From: an uncultured delta proteobacterium
Lineage (GTDB): Bacteria > Desulfobacterota > RBG-13-43-22
Assembly: GCA_963743305.1 (NCBI GenBank)
Contig: CAVUPH010000022.1
Coordinates: forward strand, 53,545-117,544
Reading direction: 5' to 3'
DNA: 64,000 nt
Part shown: positions 51,501 through 61,529 of the stretch, in pieces
Layout of the letters: the number at the start of each line of letters is the position of its first letter
Numbering within the stretch: the stretch's first letter is position 1
Translations under genes and position numbers: made by a program
Notes under the pieces: model-generated
The model's input: only the letters and a program-made list of their open reading frames with translations
Databases searched by the model: none
What the model was told of the DNA's origin: nothing

Positions 51501-54500
51501 ACCAACCTTGGCAGTTCGAGACCGACCGGCGCCGATTCATCGGCCGAGGGCGGACGCTCGCCAATCCGATGGGGGTCTTTCAGGGGCTCAGCAACAGCCA
51601 GGGTTTTGTCCTGGACCCGATCCTCAGCCTGCGCCGGAACCTGACGCTGAAGGCGGGGGAGGCGGTCCAGGTTTCCCTGATTCTCGCTGCCGGCGATACC
51701 CGCCAACAGGTCTTGGGGCTGATGGGCAAGTATAGCGAATCCCACGCCATCGATCGGGCCCTGGACTTTGCCTGGGCCTCGGCCCAGCTTGAATTGCGGG
51801 TCATGCGCCTCCAGCCCGATGAAGCCCGTCGCTTCCAGGAACTCGCCGGGCACCTGCTTTTTCCCAATCCCCGCCTGCGCCCTTCCGCCGAGCGTCTCCA
51901 AGAGAACCGCCAGGGCCAGGCCGGCTTATGGCCCTATGGAATTTCGGGCGACTTGCCCATGGCCGTGGTGACCATAGGCGAGGCGCGGGAGATCAATCTG
52001 GTCCGCCAAATGCTTCAGGCCCATACCTATTGGCGACGGCACGGATTGCTGGCCGACCTGGTGATCCTCAACGAGGAAGCCGGCGGCTATGAGCAGCCGT
52101 TGCGGGAACGCCTCGAAGGGTTGATCCAGGCCCATTCCACGGTAACCGGCAGAGATCAGCCGGGTGGGATCTTTCTGCGCAGCACGGATCAAATTCCGGC
52201 GGAAGACCTGACGCTCCTCTTGACCGCGGCCGCGGTGGTGCTGGTGGCGGCCCGAGGCCTCCTCCCTCAACAGTTGGGATTGCCGGCAGAGGTCACCGAG
52301 ACGCCGGAACTTTTGGTCAAAAAGCGCGTCCCGCGGGAGCCTTCGGCGGCGCTGCCTTTCCTGGAGCTGCCCTACTTCAACAGCCTCGGCGGGTTTACCC
52401 CGGATGGTCGGGAATATGCCATCTATCTCGGTCCCGGCACCCATACCCCGGCGCCCTGGGTGAACGTCATGGCCAATCCGAACTTCGGGACCCTGGTCAG
52501 CGAGACGGGCTCCGGCTTTACCTGGTTTGGCAACAGCCAACGCAATCGTCTGACGCCCTGGTCGAACGACCCGGTCACGGATCCCCCGGCCGAGGCCCTC
52601 TACCTTCGGGACGAGGAGACCGGTGTGACCTGGACGCCGACCGCTGCACCGATCCGCGAGGAGACCGCCTACCGGGTGCGGCATGGAGCGGGGTACACGG
52701 TTTTCGAGCACAACAGCCAGGGGATTGAACAGGAGCTGACGGTCTTCGTTCCCGTGGATGAAAACGGTGGAGACCCGGTCAAGCTGCAGCGGCTGCGGAT
52801 ACGAAACGACTCCGCCAGGCCGCGCAAATTGTCGCTAACGTATTATCTGGAGTGGACCCTGGGGGAAAACCGCGAAGCGTCTCAAATGCAGGTCGTGACC
52901 CACTGGGATGACGAAATCCAGGCCTTGATCGCCCGGAATCGCTATCACCCCGAGTACGGGGACCGGGTCGCCTTCGCCGCTATCAATCCGCCGGCGGATT
53001 CCTACAGCGGCGACCGCACCGCGTTCATCGGCCGCAACCGATCGCTGGGAAACCCGGCGGCCATGGGACGAATCCGGCTCTCCTCTCGGACGGGGGCGGG
53101 TCTCGACCCCTGCGCGGCGTTGCGGGTCACCTTGGATCTGTCTCCCGGCGGGCGGGCGGAGGTTATCTGCCTGCTCGGCCAGGCCGAGTCTCTGGAAGAG
53201 GCCCAGCACCTGGTTTCAACCTACCGGGAAGGCCTGGCCTTGGAGGCCGCCCTTAGCCGGACAAAAGCCTGGTGGGATGATCTCTTAGGGACGATCGAAG
53301 TGCGGACTCCCGAACGCGCCGCGGACTTCCTGATCAACCGCTGGCTACTCTACCAGAGCCTGAGCTGTCGAATCTGGGGACGGTCCGCCTTTTACCAGTC
53401 CGGGGGGGCCTTCGGCTTTCGAGATCAACTGCAGGACGTGATGGCGCTGATCTACGCCGCCCCCCAGTTGGCGCGCCGGCACCTGTTGCTCGCGGCGAGC
53501 CGTCAGTTCAAGGAAGGCGATGTCCAGCATTGGTGGCATCCGCCGAGTGGCGCGGGGACCCGGACGCGGATCTCCGATGATCCCCTCTGGCTGCCCTACG
53601 TCGTCGCTCATTACGTCCGCGGCAGCGGCGATGTGGACCTGCTCAACCGGGAGGTCCCTTTTCTCGAGGGGCCGCTGCTAAAAAGCGGACAGCCCGAAAG
53701 CTTCGGCACACCGGAGATCGCCTCGGAACGGGCCACTCTGTTTGAGCACTGCCGGCGTGCCGTTCAGTGCAGCCTGAATTTTGGGCCTCATGGGTTGCCC
53801 CTCATGGGGGCCGGGGATTGGAATGATGGGATGAACCGGGTGGGGGCCGGGGGTCGGGGGGAGAGCGTTTGGCTGGCCTGGTTCCTGGTGGATGTGCTGC
53901 AGGGCATGGTGGAGTTGTCCGAGGTGCTGGATCAGGCCGAATTGAGCCGGACCTATCAGCAGGAGAGGAAAGCCCTGATTGAGCGGGTGGAGCGATCCGC
54001 CTGGGATGGGGAGTGGTATCTTCGGGCGATTTTCGACCAGGGCACTCTCGTCGGGTCATCGTCCAGTCAGGAGGCGAAGATCGATTCCCTGCCTCAATCG
54101 TGGGCCTGGCTGAGCGGCGCCGCCGACCCCGATCGCGCGGGACGGGCTTTAGAATCCGGCTGGAAATATCTGGTTAAGGAGGAGGAAGGCCTGGTCCTGC
54201 TTTTCGATCCACCCTTTGACCGGTCGGAGCCCTCGCCCGGTTATATCCAGGCCTACCCTCCGGGAGTGAGGGAGAACGGAGGCCAATACACCCAGGCCGC
54301 CCTGTGGTTTGCCATGGCCCTGGCGCGTCGAGGGGATGGGCGCCGGGCGGTAGAACTGTTGCGTCTGCTCAACCCGATTGAGCGGGCCCGTGACCCGGAA
54401 ACCCTTTGGCGCTACGGGTTGGAACCTTACGTGGCGGCGGCGGATATTTACCGCTTGCCCGGACGGATCGGTCAGGGCGGTTGGTCCTGGTATACCGGTT

Positions 54501-54791
54501 CGGCCGCCTGGATGTACCGGGCCTGGGTGGAAGAGGTCCTGGGTTTGAAAATACGCGGAGATACGCCTGCAACTGAATCCGGTCATCCCCGGGAATTGGG
54601 AAGGCTTCCATTTGCGCTATCGTCACGGTGAAGCGGTCTACGACATTCAGGTCGAGAATCCGGAAGGTCTGGAACGAGGCGTGGACTGGGTCGAGCTGGA
54701 TGGGCGGCGTCTACCGGAGGGGCTGATTCCACTGGAACGGACGCTGATCAAGCATCGGGTGGTCGTCCGTCTGGGGCCGCCGCGGCTCTAA
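45559..54791 (+). CDS. Cyclic beta-1,2-glucan synthase (Cgs/NdvB/ChvB type: GT84 + cyclisation + GH94 domains), with apparent frameshifts near 49970 and 54565
   Basis: EWILDNEY, GWERKRGKLEE, ITLDSDT, YHGKGIYD, LSHDLIEG, RWIRGDWQ, RTSPTNIG, YDLLASEARL, WGISES, GAFGFRDQLQD, GDWNDGMN and ENGGQYT. ORFs 45559-50013 and 49763-54631 are consecutive pieces, and a third frame ends at TAA 54791. Confidence 0.9.
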
Positions 54792-54917
54792 AGGCCGCAA
54801 CCTCTATCCCTTTCATTCCCCTCCGCCCTGACTGCTGAAGTAAAATTGGAAGGCGGGGTCCTGGCGGAGAGCAGGCGGCACGACCATTCCCGCCAAAGTA
54901 GGGTCCCCGTACCATGA

Positions 54918-54988
54918 AAAATACCGTAGATCTTCGTTTAAAATCACGGATTCACCCTATTTATTTCTTATTTCATTTTCTATATTCT
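54918..54988 (+). promoter_or_regulatory. Tandem activator box + -10 (motif family A, copy 6)
   Basis: AAAATAC at 54918, box AAAATCACGGATTCACCCTATT at 54940-54961, 21 nt, TATTCT at 54983-54988. Confidence 0.72.
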
Positions 54989-55066
54989 TTATTTTAAAGA
55001 TGAAAACATCTCTTCTTCCCGGGGTTTATTCCCTAGCGACTATTTACGGGGGAAAGGAGGCATCCT

Positions 55067-55327
55067 ATGGAAACGATTACCATTCCGATGAAAGAGGAGA
55101 ACATCAGCCTGGAGTTGGCTTGGGGAATTTCCTGGTTTCTGGCCAAAATCTATAATCCGGGAACCTCCCTGGCGGCCTGGTCCGATAAAAAGAGAGGCAA
55201 ATATTCACCTTCCCGATTCGAATGCGCCGCCGAAGGAATTTCGGATTGGGAAGAATACGGCCGGCATCATGGGGGACGAATAAAGTTTATCGTTGGCAGC
55301 GCTGATTATGTGTTTATCTATACCTGA
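55067..55327 (+). CDS. AF1514-family protein
   Basis: LAAWSDKKRGKYSP...WEEYGRHHGGRIKFIVGSADYVFIY; SD AAGGAGG. Confidence 0.75.
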   Translation: METITIPMKEENISLELAWGISWFLAKIYNPGTSLAAWSDKKRGKYSPSRFECAAEGISDWEEYGRHHGGRIKFIVGSADYVFIYT

Positions 55328-55342
55328 TAGAGGAGAAAGATC

Positions 55343-55642
55343 ATGGTAAAAACCGCCTTACTGGTTCGATTGGAGGCCAAACCCGGAAAAGAGTCGGCTG
55401 TTGAGGAATTTATAAAGTCCGGTCTGCCGATCGTCCAGGATGAACCGGCCACGATCGCCTGGTTCGGAATCCGTCTGGGACCGGCCACCTTCGGCATCTT
55501 CGACGCCTTTCCGGACGAACCCGGCCGACAGGCCCATCTGGCGGGCAGGGTGGCGGCCGCCCTGATGGCCAACGCTTCCGAATTGTTGGCCCAGCCGCCG
55601 CTTATTGAGAAATGTGATATCCTGGCGGCCAAGCTTCCTTAG
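55343..55642 (+). CDS. ABM-domain (putative quinol monooxygenase) protein
   Basis: LLVRLEAKPGKE...EPATIAWF...TFGIFDAFPDEPGRQAHL. Confidence 0.88.
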   Translation: MVKTALLVRLEAKPGKESAVEEFIKSGLPIVQDEPATIAWFGIRLGPATFGIFDAFPDEPGRQAHLAGRVAAALMANASELLAQPPLIEKCDILAAKLP

Positions 55643-55806
55643 GATCTGTAAACAAATAACCTTGACAAAGCGACACTGCAACCGTTCGCCCTGAGCTGCG
55701 AGCCTGTCGAGCAGTCGAAGGGTGAACGATACGGCCATGCTTCGACAGGCTCAGCATGAACGGCGATACCGCGGCATTGTACAGCTTATTTCTTGACGGG
55801 TTCTTA
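55639..55806. mobile_element. MITE family 1, copy B (inverted)
   Basis: TTA|GGATCTGTAAACAAATAA...TTATTTCTTGACGGGTTC|TTA is the reverse complement of 17002-17154, with a small insertion. Confidence 0.85.
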
Positions 55807-58056
55807 GTGTGCGCCGGGGTCAGCGCCGGGGTCAGCGGTGGGAGGAGATGCGGCCAATTCTCCCTTCACCGCTCGCCCTAGTTCCTCCAGGATTATCGGT
55901 TTATTTAGGAATCGGCCGGCTCCCAATATCAAGCTTTCTTTCACCTGGTCCGTTTCAGCAAACCCGCTGACGATGATGGCCTTTTGGTCAGGATGTGTCT
56001 TCTTGATCCTCTCGTAGGTCTCACGACCATTCATTCCGGGATCCATGATCATATCCAATAGCAGCAAATCCACGCGGTGTTCTCTCAAATAGTCGATAGC
56101 CTCCTGACCCCCTGAAACGGCCTTGGTTTTATACCGTAAGGTCTCCAACATCTGGCAAAGGATTTCCCTTTGGGTTTTCAGGTCATCTACGACCAGGATC
56201 ATCTCTCCGTGGCCGAAGAGGTCTTCCAGGGGGACGAATGATTTCCTGCTCGGGACCGAGTCTCTGGTTACAGGGAAATATAGCTCGAATTTGGTGCCAT
56301 CTTGGCCGCTAATTACGTCAATATAGCCATCGTGATCCTGGACCACATTCCAGACCAGCGTTAATCCTAAACCGGTGCCGCTTCTACCCATCACTTTTTT
56401 TGTGAAGAAAGGTTCAAAGATCCGTTTAAGATCATCTGAGGACATTCCCGATCCATTGTCCTCAACGACTAGAACGGCATATTCACCGATGATTACATTG
56501 TCTAGCGGCTGGTCTATAAAGCGATTCATCGTCGAGACGACTATATTTCCCTGGCCCTTAATGGCTTCACAGGCATTGGATATTAGATTCATAACAATCA
56601 TCCCGATGTGTACCGAAGAACCCCTGACCTTCAATAAACTTGAAGCCAAGTCGGCTTTAACCGCAACAGCAGGATGATATTGCAAAAGTTTTTTATATTC
56701 CGGAGATTTTAAATAACCGCTGATTACCTCGTTTAGGTTAAGTGGTTCTTTGGAGACGGCTACGCCTCTGGCCATGGTTAACAAGTCCTGAACGATAGCT
56801 GCCGCTTTTTTTCCGGATTCCTGCATGGTTTCAATTGGTTTTCTGAATTTGCTGTCTTTGGGCAAATCAAGCAGAATCAAATCCGGATAGCCGACAATCC
56901 CCGAAAGAACATTATTCAAATCATGGGCTACGCCGCCCGCTAAAAGTCCCAGAGATTCCATCTTCCTCAGTCGGAAAAGTTTTTCCTCGCTGGCTCGCAG
57001 CGCCTCTTCTTTTCGAATCCTTTCCGTTACATCCCGCAGTATGGCGAGGGTGGCCGGCCTGTTTCTATAGCGCATAACGCTTTCTCTGATTTCAACCGTC
57101 CGATCTTCCCGATCCGCACGCTTTAGGCGGATCAGGAGCGAATCAGGGGAGTCCATCGCAGGCAGCACCCCGCGATAGTGGGCTAGGAGTTTTTGCCTGT
57201 CTTCCGGGATGACCGCCTCAAGGAGTTCTTCAGCGGACGAACCGATCACCGGACGGCCGATCAAGATAGGGCAGGCCGGGTTGGCGAAGACCACGTCGCC
57301 GTCTTGAATCACCAGAATACCGTCATTGGCAAATTCAGTAATGGCGCGGTATTTCTCCTCTGCGGATATTTCAACAAAGCTATCAAAGACGACCCAGAGG
57401 ACCACAATAGAGAATCCCAAAAATCCGTATTCCATCAAATATTGAAAAACAGGTACCCCCAGGGAGGCTAGTCCGTCATGGATACCCAAGGCGATCCAAA
57501 AGATTATGCCTATGAGGTATGGGGTCCTATGTCTTGGATCGGGACCTTTGTGCCTCCACCATATTAGAATCCCGCCGATTGCTGACAGCGCGGCGTAAAG
57601 TTCAAAGAAAGGCCCAAGAGGTCCCAGATCCGCTTCGATAAAAGGCTTCGCCAACCCGATGAAGTGGCGGGCAACAAATCTATCGGCAACGATAGAGTCG
57701 GTAGACCACAAAACGACTAAAATGAGAGAATTAAAAATTCCCGCCAGGAGGTGATACCGTTTGGCGCTCATCCCCAGATAGGCAAAAGTAAATCCATACA
57801 GGCAATGGACCAGGCAGATAATGGCCGTAAATTCCAGCAATCCTCCAAATCGATTGAGGGGGCCAAGTGTATTGTATTCGAGAACAATGCCGAGGGAATA
57901 AACCATGCCTGAAAAAGAGCCGGCCGCGCCCCAGCCATACCATCGGAATTGGGGCTTTCGGAAAAAGAAAGCCACCTGTAAGATCGTCATTATGAGGGCT
58001 AGAACAGCTACCGATAATGACCCTGCCGATTGGGGCACGATACTTTCAAATATCAT
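55804..58056 (-). CDS. Hybrid sensor kinase (7TM N-terminus, PAS, HisKA, HATPase, REC)
   Basis: Seven hydrophobic segments, AGGVAHDLNNVL, NLISNA, EPFFTKK, GTGLGL, ILVVDD and LLLLDMIM. Confidence 0.93.
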   Translation of the reverse strand: MIFESIVPQSAGSLSVAVLALIMTILQVAFFFRKPQFRWYGWGAAGSFSGMVYSLGIVLEYNTLGPLNRFGGLLEFTAIICLVHCLYGFTFAYLGMSAKRYHLLAGIFNSLILVVLWSTDSIVADRFVARHFIGLAKPFIEADLGPLGPFFELYAALSAIGGILIWWRHKGPDPRHRTPYLIGIIFWIALGIHDGLASLGVPVFQYLMEYGFLGFSIVVLWVVFDSFVEISAEEKYRAITEFANDGILVIQDGDVVFANPACPILIGRPVIGSSAEELLEAVIPEDRQKLLAHYRGVLPAMDSPDSLLIRLKRADREDRTVEIRESVMRYRNRPATLAILRDVTERIRKEEALRASEEKLFRLRKMESLGLLAGGVAHDLNNVLSGIVGYPDLILLDLPKDSKFRKPIETMQESGKKAAAIVQDLLTMARGVAVSKEPLNLNEVISGYLKSPEYKKLLQYHPAVAVKADLASSLLKVRGSSVHIGMIVMNLISNACEAIKGQGNIVVSTMNRFIDQPLDNVIIGEYAVLVVEDNGSGMSSDDLKRIFEPFFTKKVMGRSGTGLGLTLVWNVVQDHDGYIDVISGQDGTKFELYFPVTRDSVPSRKSFVPLEDLFGHGEMILVVDDLKTQREILCQMLETLRYKTKAVSGGQEAIDYLREHRVDLLLLDMIMDPGMNGRETYERIKKTHPDQKAIIVSGFAETDQVKESLILGAGRFLNKPIILEELGRAVKGELAASPPTADPGADPGAH

Positions 58057-58303
58057 TCTATCTTCCTCAGAGTTTCAATAGCGACGCCAGGATCTCGGAA
58101 CTATCGACAGCCCGCAAGCCACCCTGATCTCCTTGAAAGTTCCTGAAAATCCCTCAAGGGCCGGGTGAACTTAAAGGGCTGCTCGAATGCAGGCTGGAAA
58201 ACGAAATATTTTCCGGGAAAAGGGGCACCGATCAACGAAGGGGCGAAATCCATTGACTGTGGCCCCGGGGAGGCCAAACCTAAAAGGAAGCAGGGGGTGC
58301 CGC

Positions 58304-58633
58304 CTAGCGTCGGCGGGGTCGGGAGGTGCGTTTCCCGAGTTTTTCAATGATCTCCTCAACCTCTTCATAGCCGGTTTGGTAAAATTTCTCTTCTTCCGGT
58401 TCCAATTCCCGCAACAGGCGGAGGAACTCCCCGGCATGTTCTTTTTCCTCGTTGGCGATGTCGAGGAGAACGTCCCGGGCCAAGGGATTATCCGTGCTTT
58501 CCGCCGTTTGTTGATAAAGCTGGATGGCTTCGTATTCGGCGGCAATCATAAAGCGGACGGCGCGGACCAGTTCTTCCCGGGTGAGTTTTCGTCCGTTTTT
58601 CAGGCCCGCAAAAGGGTTAGAAAATTCCGGCAT
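58304..58633 (-). CDS. Ferritin-like (rubrerythrin / encapsulated-ferritin-type) protein
   Basis: MPEFSNPF...RAVRFMIAAEYEAIQLY...DIANEEKEHAGEF; SD AAGGAG. Confidence 0.85.
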   Translation of the reverse strand: MPEFSNPFAGLKNGRKLTREELVRAVRFMIAAEYEAIQLYQQTAESTDNPLARDVLLDIANEEKEHAGEFLRLLRELEPEEEKFYQTGYEEVEEIIEKLGKRTSRPRRR

Positions 58634-58668
58634 GGTTTTCTCCTTTCGAATAAGTTGATTATCCACCT

Positions 58669-58814
58669 TGATGGTTTCGCAAAAAATCCCCAGTCCTGTC
58701 ATTGCGAGGAGTGAAGCGACGAAGCAATCCCCAAGAATCAGCTAGTTACCATGGTGGGGATTGCTTCGCTGTCGCTCGCCATGACAGGTTTTTGGACTTT
58801 TTGCGAGTCCGTCA
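58669..58814. mobile_element. MITE family 2, copy B (ACCT target duplication)
   Basis: ACCT|TGATGGTTTCGCAAAAAATC...GACTTTTTGCGAGTCCGTCA|ACCT. Confidence 0.87.
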
Positions 58815-58986
58815 ACCTTTACCGTTTTCCCCGCTGGTTTTAAATCTACCAGCCGGCCCGCCGGCTGTCAATATCCGCCTTCAAATCCGAGCTCACGGAA
58901 GGGGTCCAGCCGGGCGCTGGAGACGAACCACTCCCCTTGATTTTATCCAAAGACGATCTCCGTGCGTATTCCGGCGCTGCGGGCAT

Positions 58987-59517
58987 CTATTGCTCCACCG
59001 GGCGCAGGGATTTAAGGGACCGCACCGCCAGCGTTTGGTACATGCGGATTCCCTCCAGTTTTCCGGCGATCTCCGCCTCGGTCAGGCTACGGATGACTTT
59101 GGCGGGGACGCCGGCGACCAGTTTGTTGGCCGGGATCTCCTTGCCGGCCGGCACCAGGGCCCCGGCGGCGACCAGGGAGTTTTCGCCCACCACGGCCTTG
59201 TCCAGCACCACGGCGTTGATCCCCACCATGGCGTTCATTCTAATGGTACAGCCGTGAATCACGGCCCCGTGTCCCAGGAGACCGCCGGTTTCGATGATGA
59301 CCTCCTGGTCGGGGAAGGTATGAATCACGCAGGTATCCTGGACGGTGGTCCCGGCCTCCAGCCGAATGCGCCCGAAGTCTCCCCGCAGGCAGGCGCAGGG
59401 ACCGATATAGCAGCCCGGCCCGATGCGGACGTCGCCGATCAGCACCGCCTCGGGGTGGACGAAAGCGGTGGGGTCAACGGAGGGTGTCTTTCCATCAATG
59501 GAGTATAGTTTAGCCAT
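58987..59517 (-). CDS. Gamma carbonic anhydrase / PaaY-CaiE-like hexapeptide-repeat protein
   Basis: IGDVRIG, LRGD, VQDTCVIH and GHGAVIHGC. Confidence 0.9.
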   Translation of the reverse strand: MAKLYSIDGKTPSVDPTAFVHPEAVLIGDVRIGPGCYIGPCACLRGDFGRIRLEAGTTVQDTCVIHTFPDQEVIIETGGLLGHGAVIHGCTIRMNAMVGINAVVLDKAVVGENSLVAAGALVPAGKEIPANKLVAGVPAKVIRSLTEAEIAGKLEGIRMYQTLAVRSLKSLRPVEQ

Positions 59518-59654
59518 CTACCAATCCTTCCCTTGTATCCGGATCCGCCGCGAAAAAGCAGCCGGCTTTCCTGACCAGGCGGAATCAAAGATGCGTTACA
59601 TCGGGCGACTCTATCACCCCGCTCCACCATAAAGATGGCTACCCGATGTCTCAA

Positions 59655-59969
59655 TTAGGCGGCACTCAACGGCCTGATTCGCTGCAAGTCTTTTTCGATT
59701 GTCTGTGCCGCGTCCCAAAGGTCTACCGCGCGCTGGGCGTTTAGCCAGAACTCCGGAGAATTGCCGAAGAGGCGCGCGAGCCGAAGAGCTGTTCCCGGAG
59801 AGATCGCCCGGCGACCCCGCAGCAGCTCATTGATAGTCTGACGGGAAACCCCTACGGCATCGGCCAGGCCGGCAACAGTGAGCCCGTAGTCCGACAAGAA
59901 ATCCTCGCGCAGCATCTCACCCGGGTGGGTAGGCCGCCGTTTGATCCCTCCTGTGTTTAAAATGCTCAT
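59655..59969 (-). CDS. higA: HigA-family antitoxin
   Basis: PTHPGEMLREDFL, HTH and ALRLARLFGNSPEFWLNAQ. Confidence 0.93.
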   Translation of the reverse strand: MSILNTGGIKRRPTHPGEMLREDFLSDYGLTVAGLADAVGVSRQTINELLRGRRAISPGTALRLARLFGNSPEFWLNAQRAVDLWDAAQTIEKDLQRIRPLSAA

Positions 59970-59981
59970 AGCAACCTCGTT

Positions 59982-60263
59982 TCAATGGTAGTCACAAATT
60001 TCGACGTCGTTGGCGTCTCCGTCAATGAACCGGAAGCAGATGCGCCACTGGTCGTTGACGGAAATCGAGTACTGACCCTTCCGGTGACCCTCGAGCGAAT
60101 GGCGCCGATTACCCGTTGGGACCTTCAGGTCGTCCAACCGCGTTGCCAGATCGACATACTCCAGCTTGCGAGCTGCCTGCCGGGTGACATCCGGCGGGAA
60201 TCGTTTCGACTTGCCCGTAGCGTACAGTTCCTGGGTACGCCTGTCCGTGAACGTCTTGATCAT
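59982..60263 (-). CDS. higB: HigB (RelE/ParE-family) toxin
   Basis: MIKTF...LDDLKVPTGNR..SLEG.RKGQYSISVNDQWRICFRF...VEICDYH. Confidence 0.93.
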   Translation of the reverse strand: MIKTFTDRRTQELYATGKSKRFPPDVTRQAARKLEYVDLATRLDDLKVPTGNRRHSLEGHRKGQYSISVNDQWRICFRFIDGDANDVEICDYH

Positions 60264-60269
60264 GGTCCA

Positions 60270-60298
60270 ATATTATCGTGTCACGTGACACTGGTCAA
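60270..60298 (-). promoter_or_regulatory. higBA promoter with a palindromic operator in the spacer
   Basis: TTGACC-17 nt-TAATAT-6 nt-ATG, with the perfect palindrome GTGTCACGTGACAC at 60278-60291. Confidence 0.8.
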
Positions 60299-60409
60299 AT
60301 GAAATTTAACAAAATGAGATGGGACACGCCCCCTTGACCGGCGAAGAAACCCGTCTTCCAATCTTGAAAAACTTGGCCGGCATGGTTAGATTAAATACAC
60401 ATAAAAGGA

Positions 60410-61114
60410 ATGAGAGCCATGCCTAAAGACATCCCTATTTCCCGACGCACCTTCCTGGCAGCAGCCGGCGGCACCATGGTCACTATCGGCCTGCCGGGGA
60501 CTTTTATGAAACTCCTTGATCTTGAACAACAGGCGCTGGCGAGCCAAACCAGGCCTGACGGCAAGCCGCGTATCCCCCCCGGTCAGGAGGCGATAAAAAA
60601 GATTTTGGATATGGGCGGTCAACCGGGGACGGCCTCAGTGGACAACTTTACGCTCCACCTCGAAGGTGAGGTGGAAAAACCACTGGTTCTCTCCTATAAG
60701 GAGCTGCTGGCATTGGAACAGGTTCAATTAACCTGTGATGTGCATTGCGTTACGGGCTGGACGCTCTTGGATTCCCATTGGACCGGGGTCCGCCTGAGCA
60801 CCATCATGCGTCTGGCGAAACCGCGAAAAGAGGCCAATTTTGTTATCTTTGGGGCCGCCGCCGGTTATTCCGCCAACATCCCGATAACGGAAGCCCGCAA
60901 GGAAAATGTCATCCTCGCCCATAGTTTCTTTGGCCGGAAGCTCCCCAAGGAGCATGGCGCCCCTGTACGGGCCCTGGTGCCCGACCGCTACTTTTACAAA
61001 AGTGCCAAATGGCTCGAAACAATTAAATTTACAGCTAAAGATGAGCCGGGCTATTGGGAGCGGAATGGCTACAGTAATTCCGCCGACCCCTGGAAGGAAG
61101 AGCGTTATAAGTAA
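60410..61114 (+). CDS. Tat-exported molybdopterin-dependent oxidoreductase (sulfite oxidase / MsrP-like family)
   Basis: SRRTFL Tat motif, DVHCVTGW, HGAPVR, YKSAKW and GYWERNGY. Confidence 0.9.
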   Translation: MRAMPKDIPISRRTFLAAAGGTMVTIGLPGTFMKLLDLEQQALASQTRPDGKPRIPPGQEAIKKILDMGGQPGTASVDNFTLHLEGEVEKPLVLSYKELLALEQVQLTCDVHCVTGWTLLDSHWTGVRLSTIMRLAKPRKEANFVIFGAAAGYSANIPITEARKENVILAHSFFGRKLPKEHGAPVRALVPDRYFYKSAKWLETIKFTAKDEPGYWERNGYSNSADPWKEERYK

Positions 61115-61529
61115 CGACGACGGCGCTATTGGATACGGTTCGGGGTCGGCCCACGGCCATACTAGATCTGGGGGGTACCCACCCAAAAGGGCGAAGCGTC
61201 CAATATGTCGAGGAAATCCAAGGGGCCGTTTGACGCGCGTCCGTGTGAATACTTTGATTTTCGCAATTATTTCAGGAAGTAAAAAGATACACGCCCGACA
61301 TTCCCAAATAGGCTTTTCAAAATAGCCGTTCATCTTATCCGGATTCGAATCCGATTTGGTTTCCTGTCCTTGAGTCCACTCCTGCGCCAAGTCTTTCCGG
61401 GGTAGGTGCCTTTCTTCCCCTCGCGAAAAAAAGTAAGCCAAATTTTGAATTGATGAAAAAATGGTATACTTTCGGTCACACCGGATGCTTTCTGAGCGTC
61501 AAAAGATATAAGAAACCTGAAAAGGAAGA

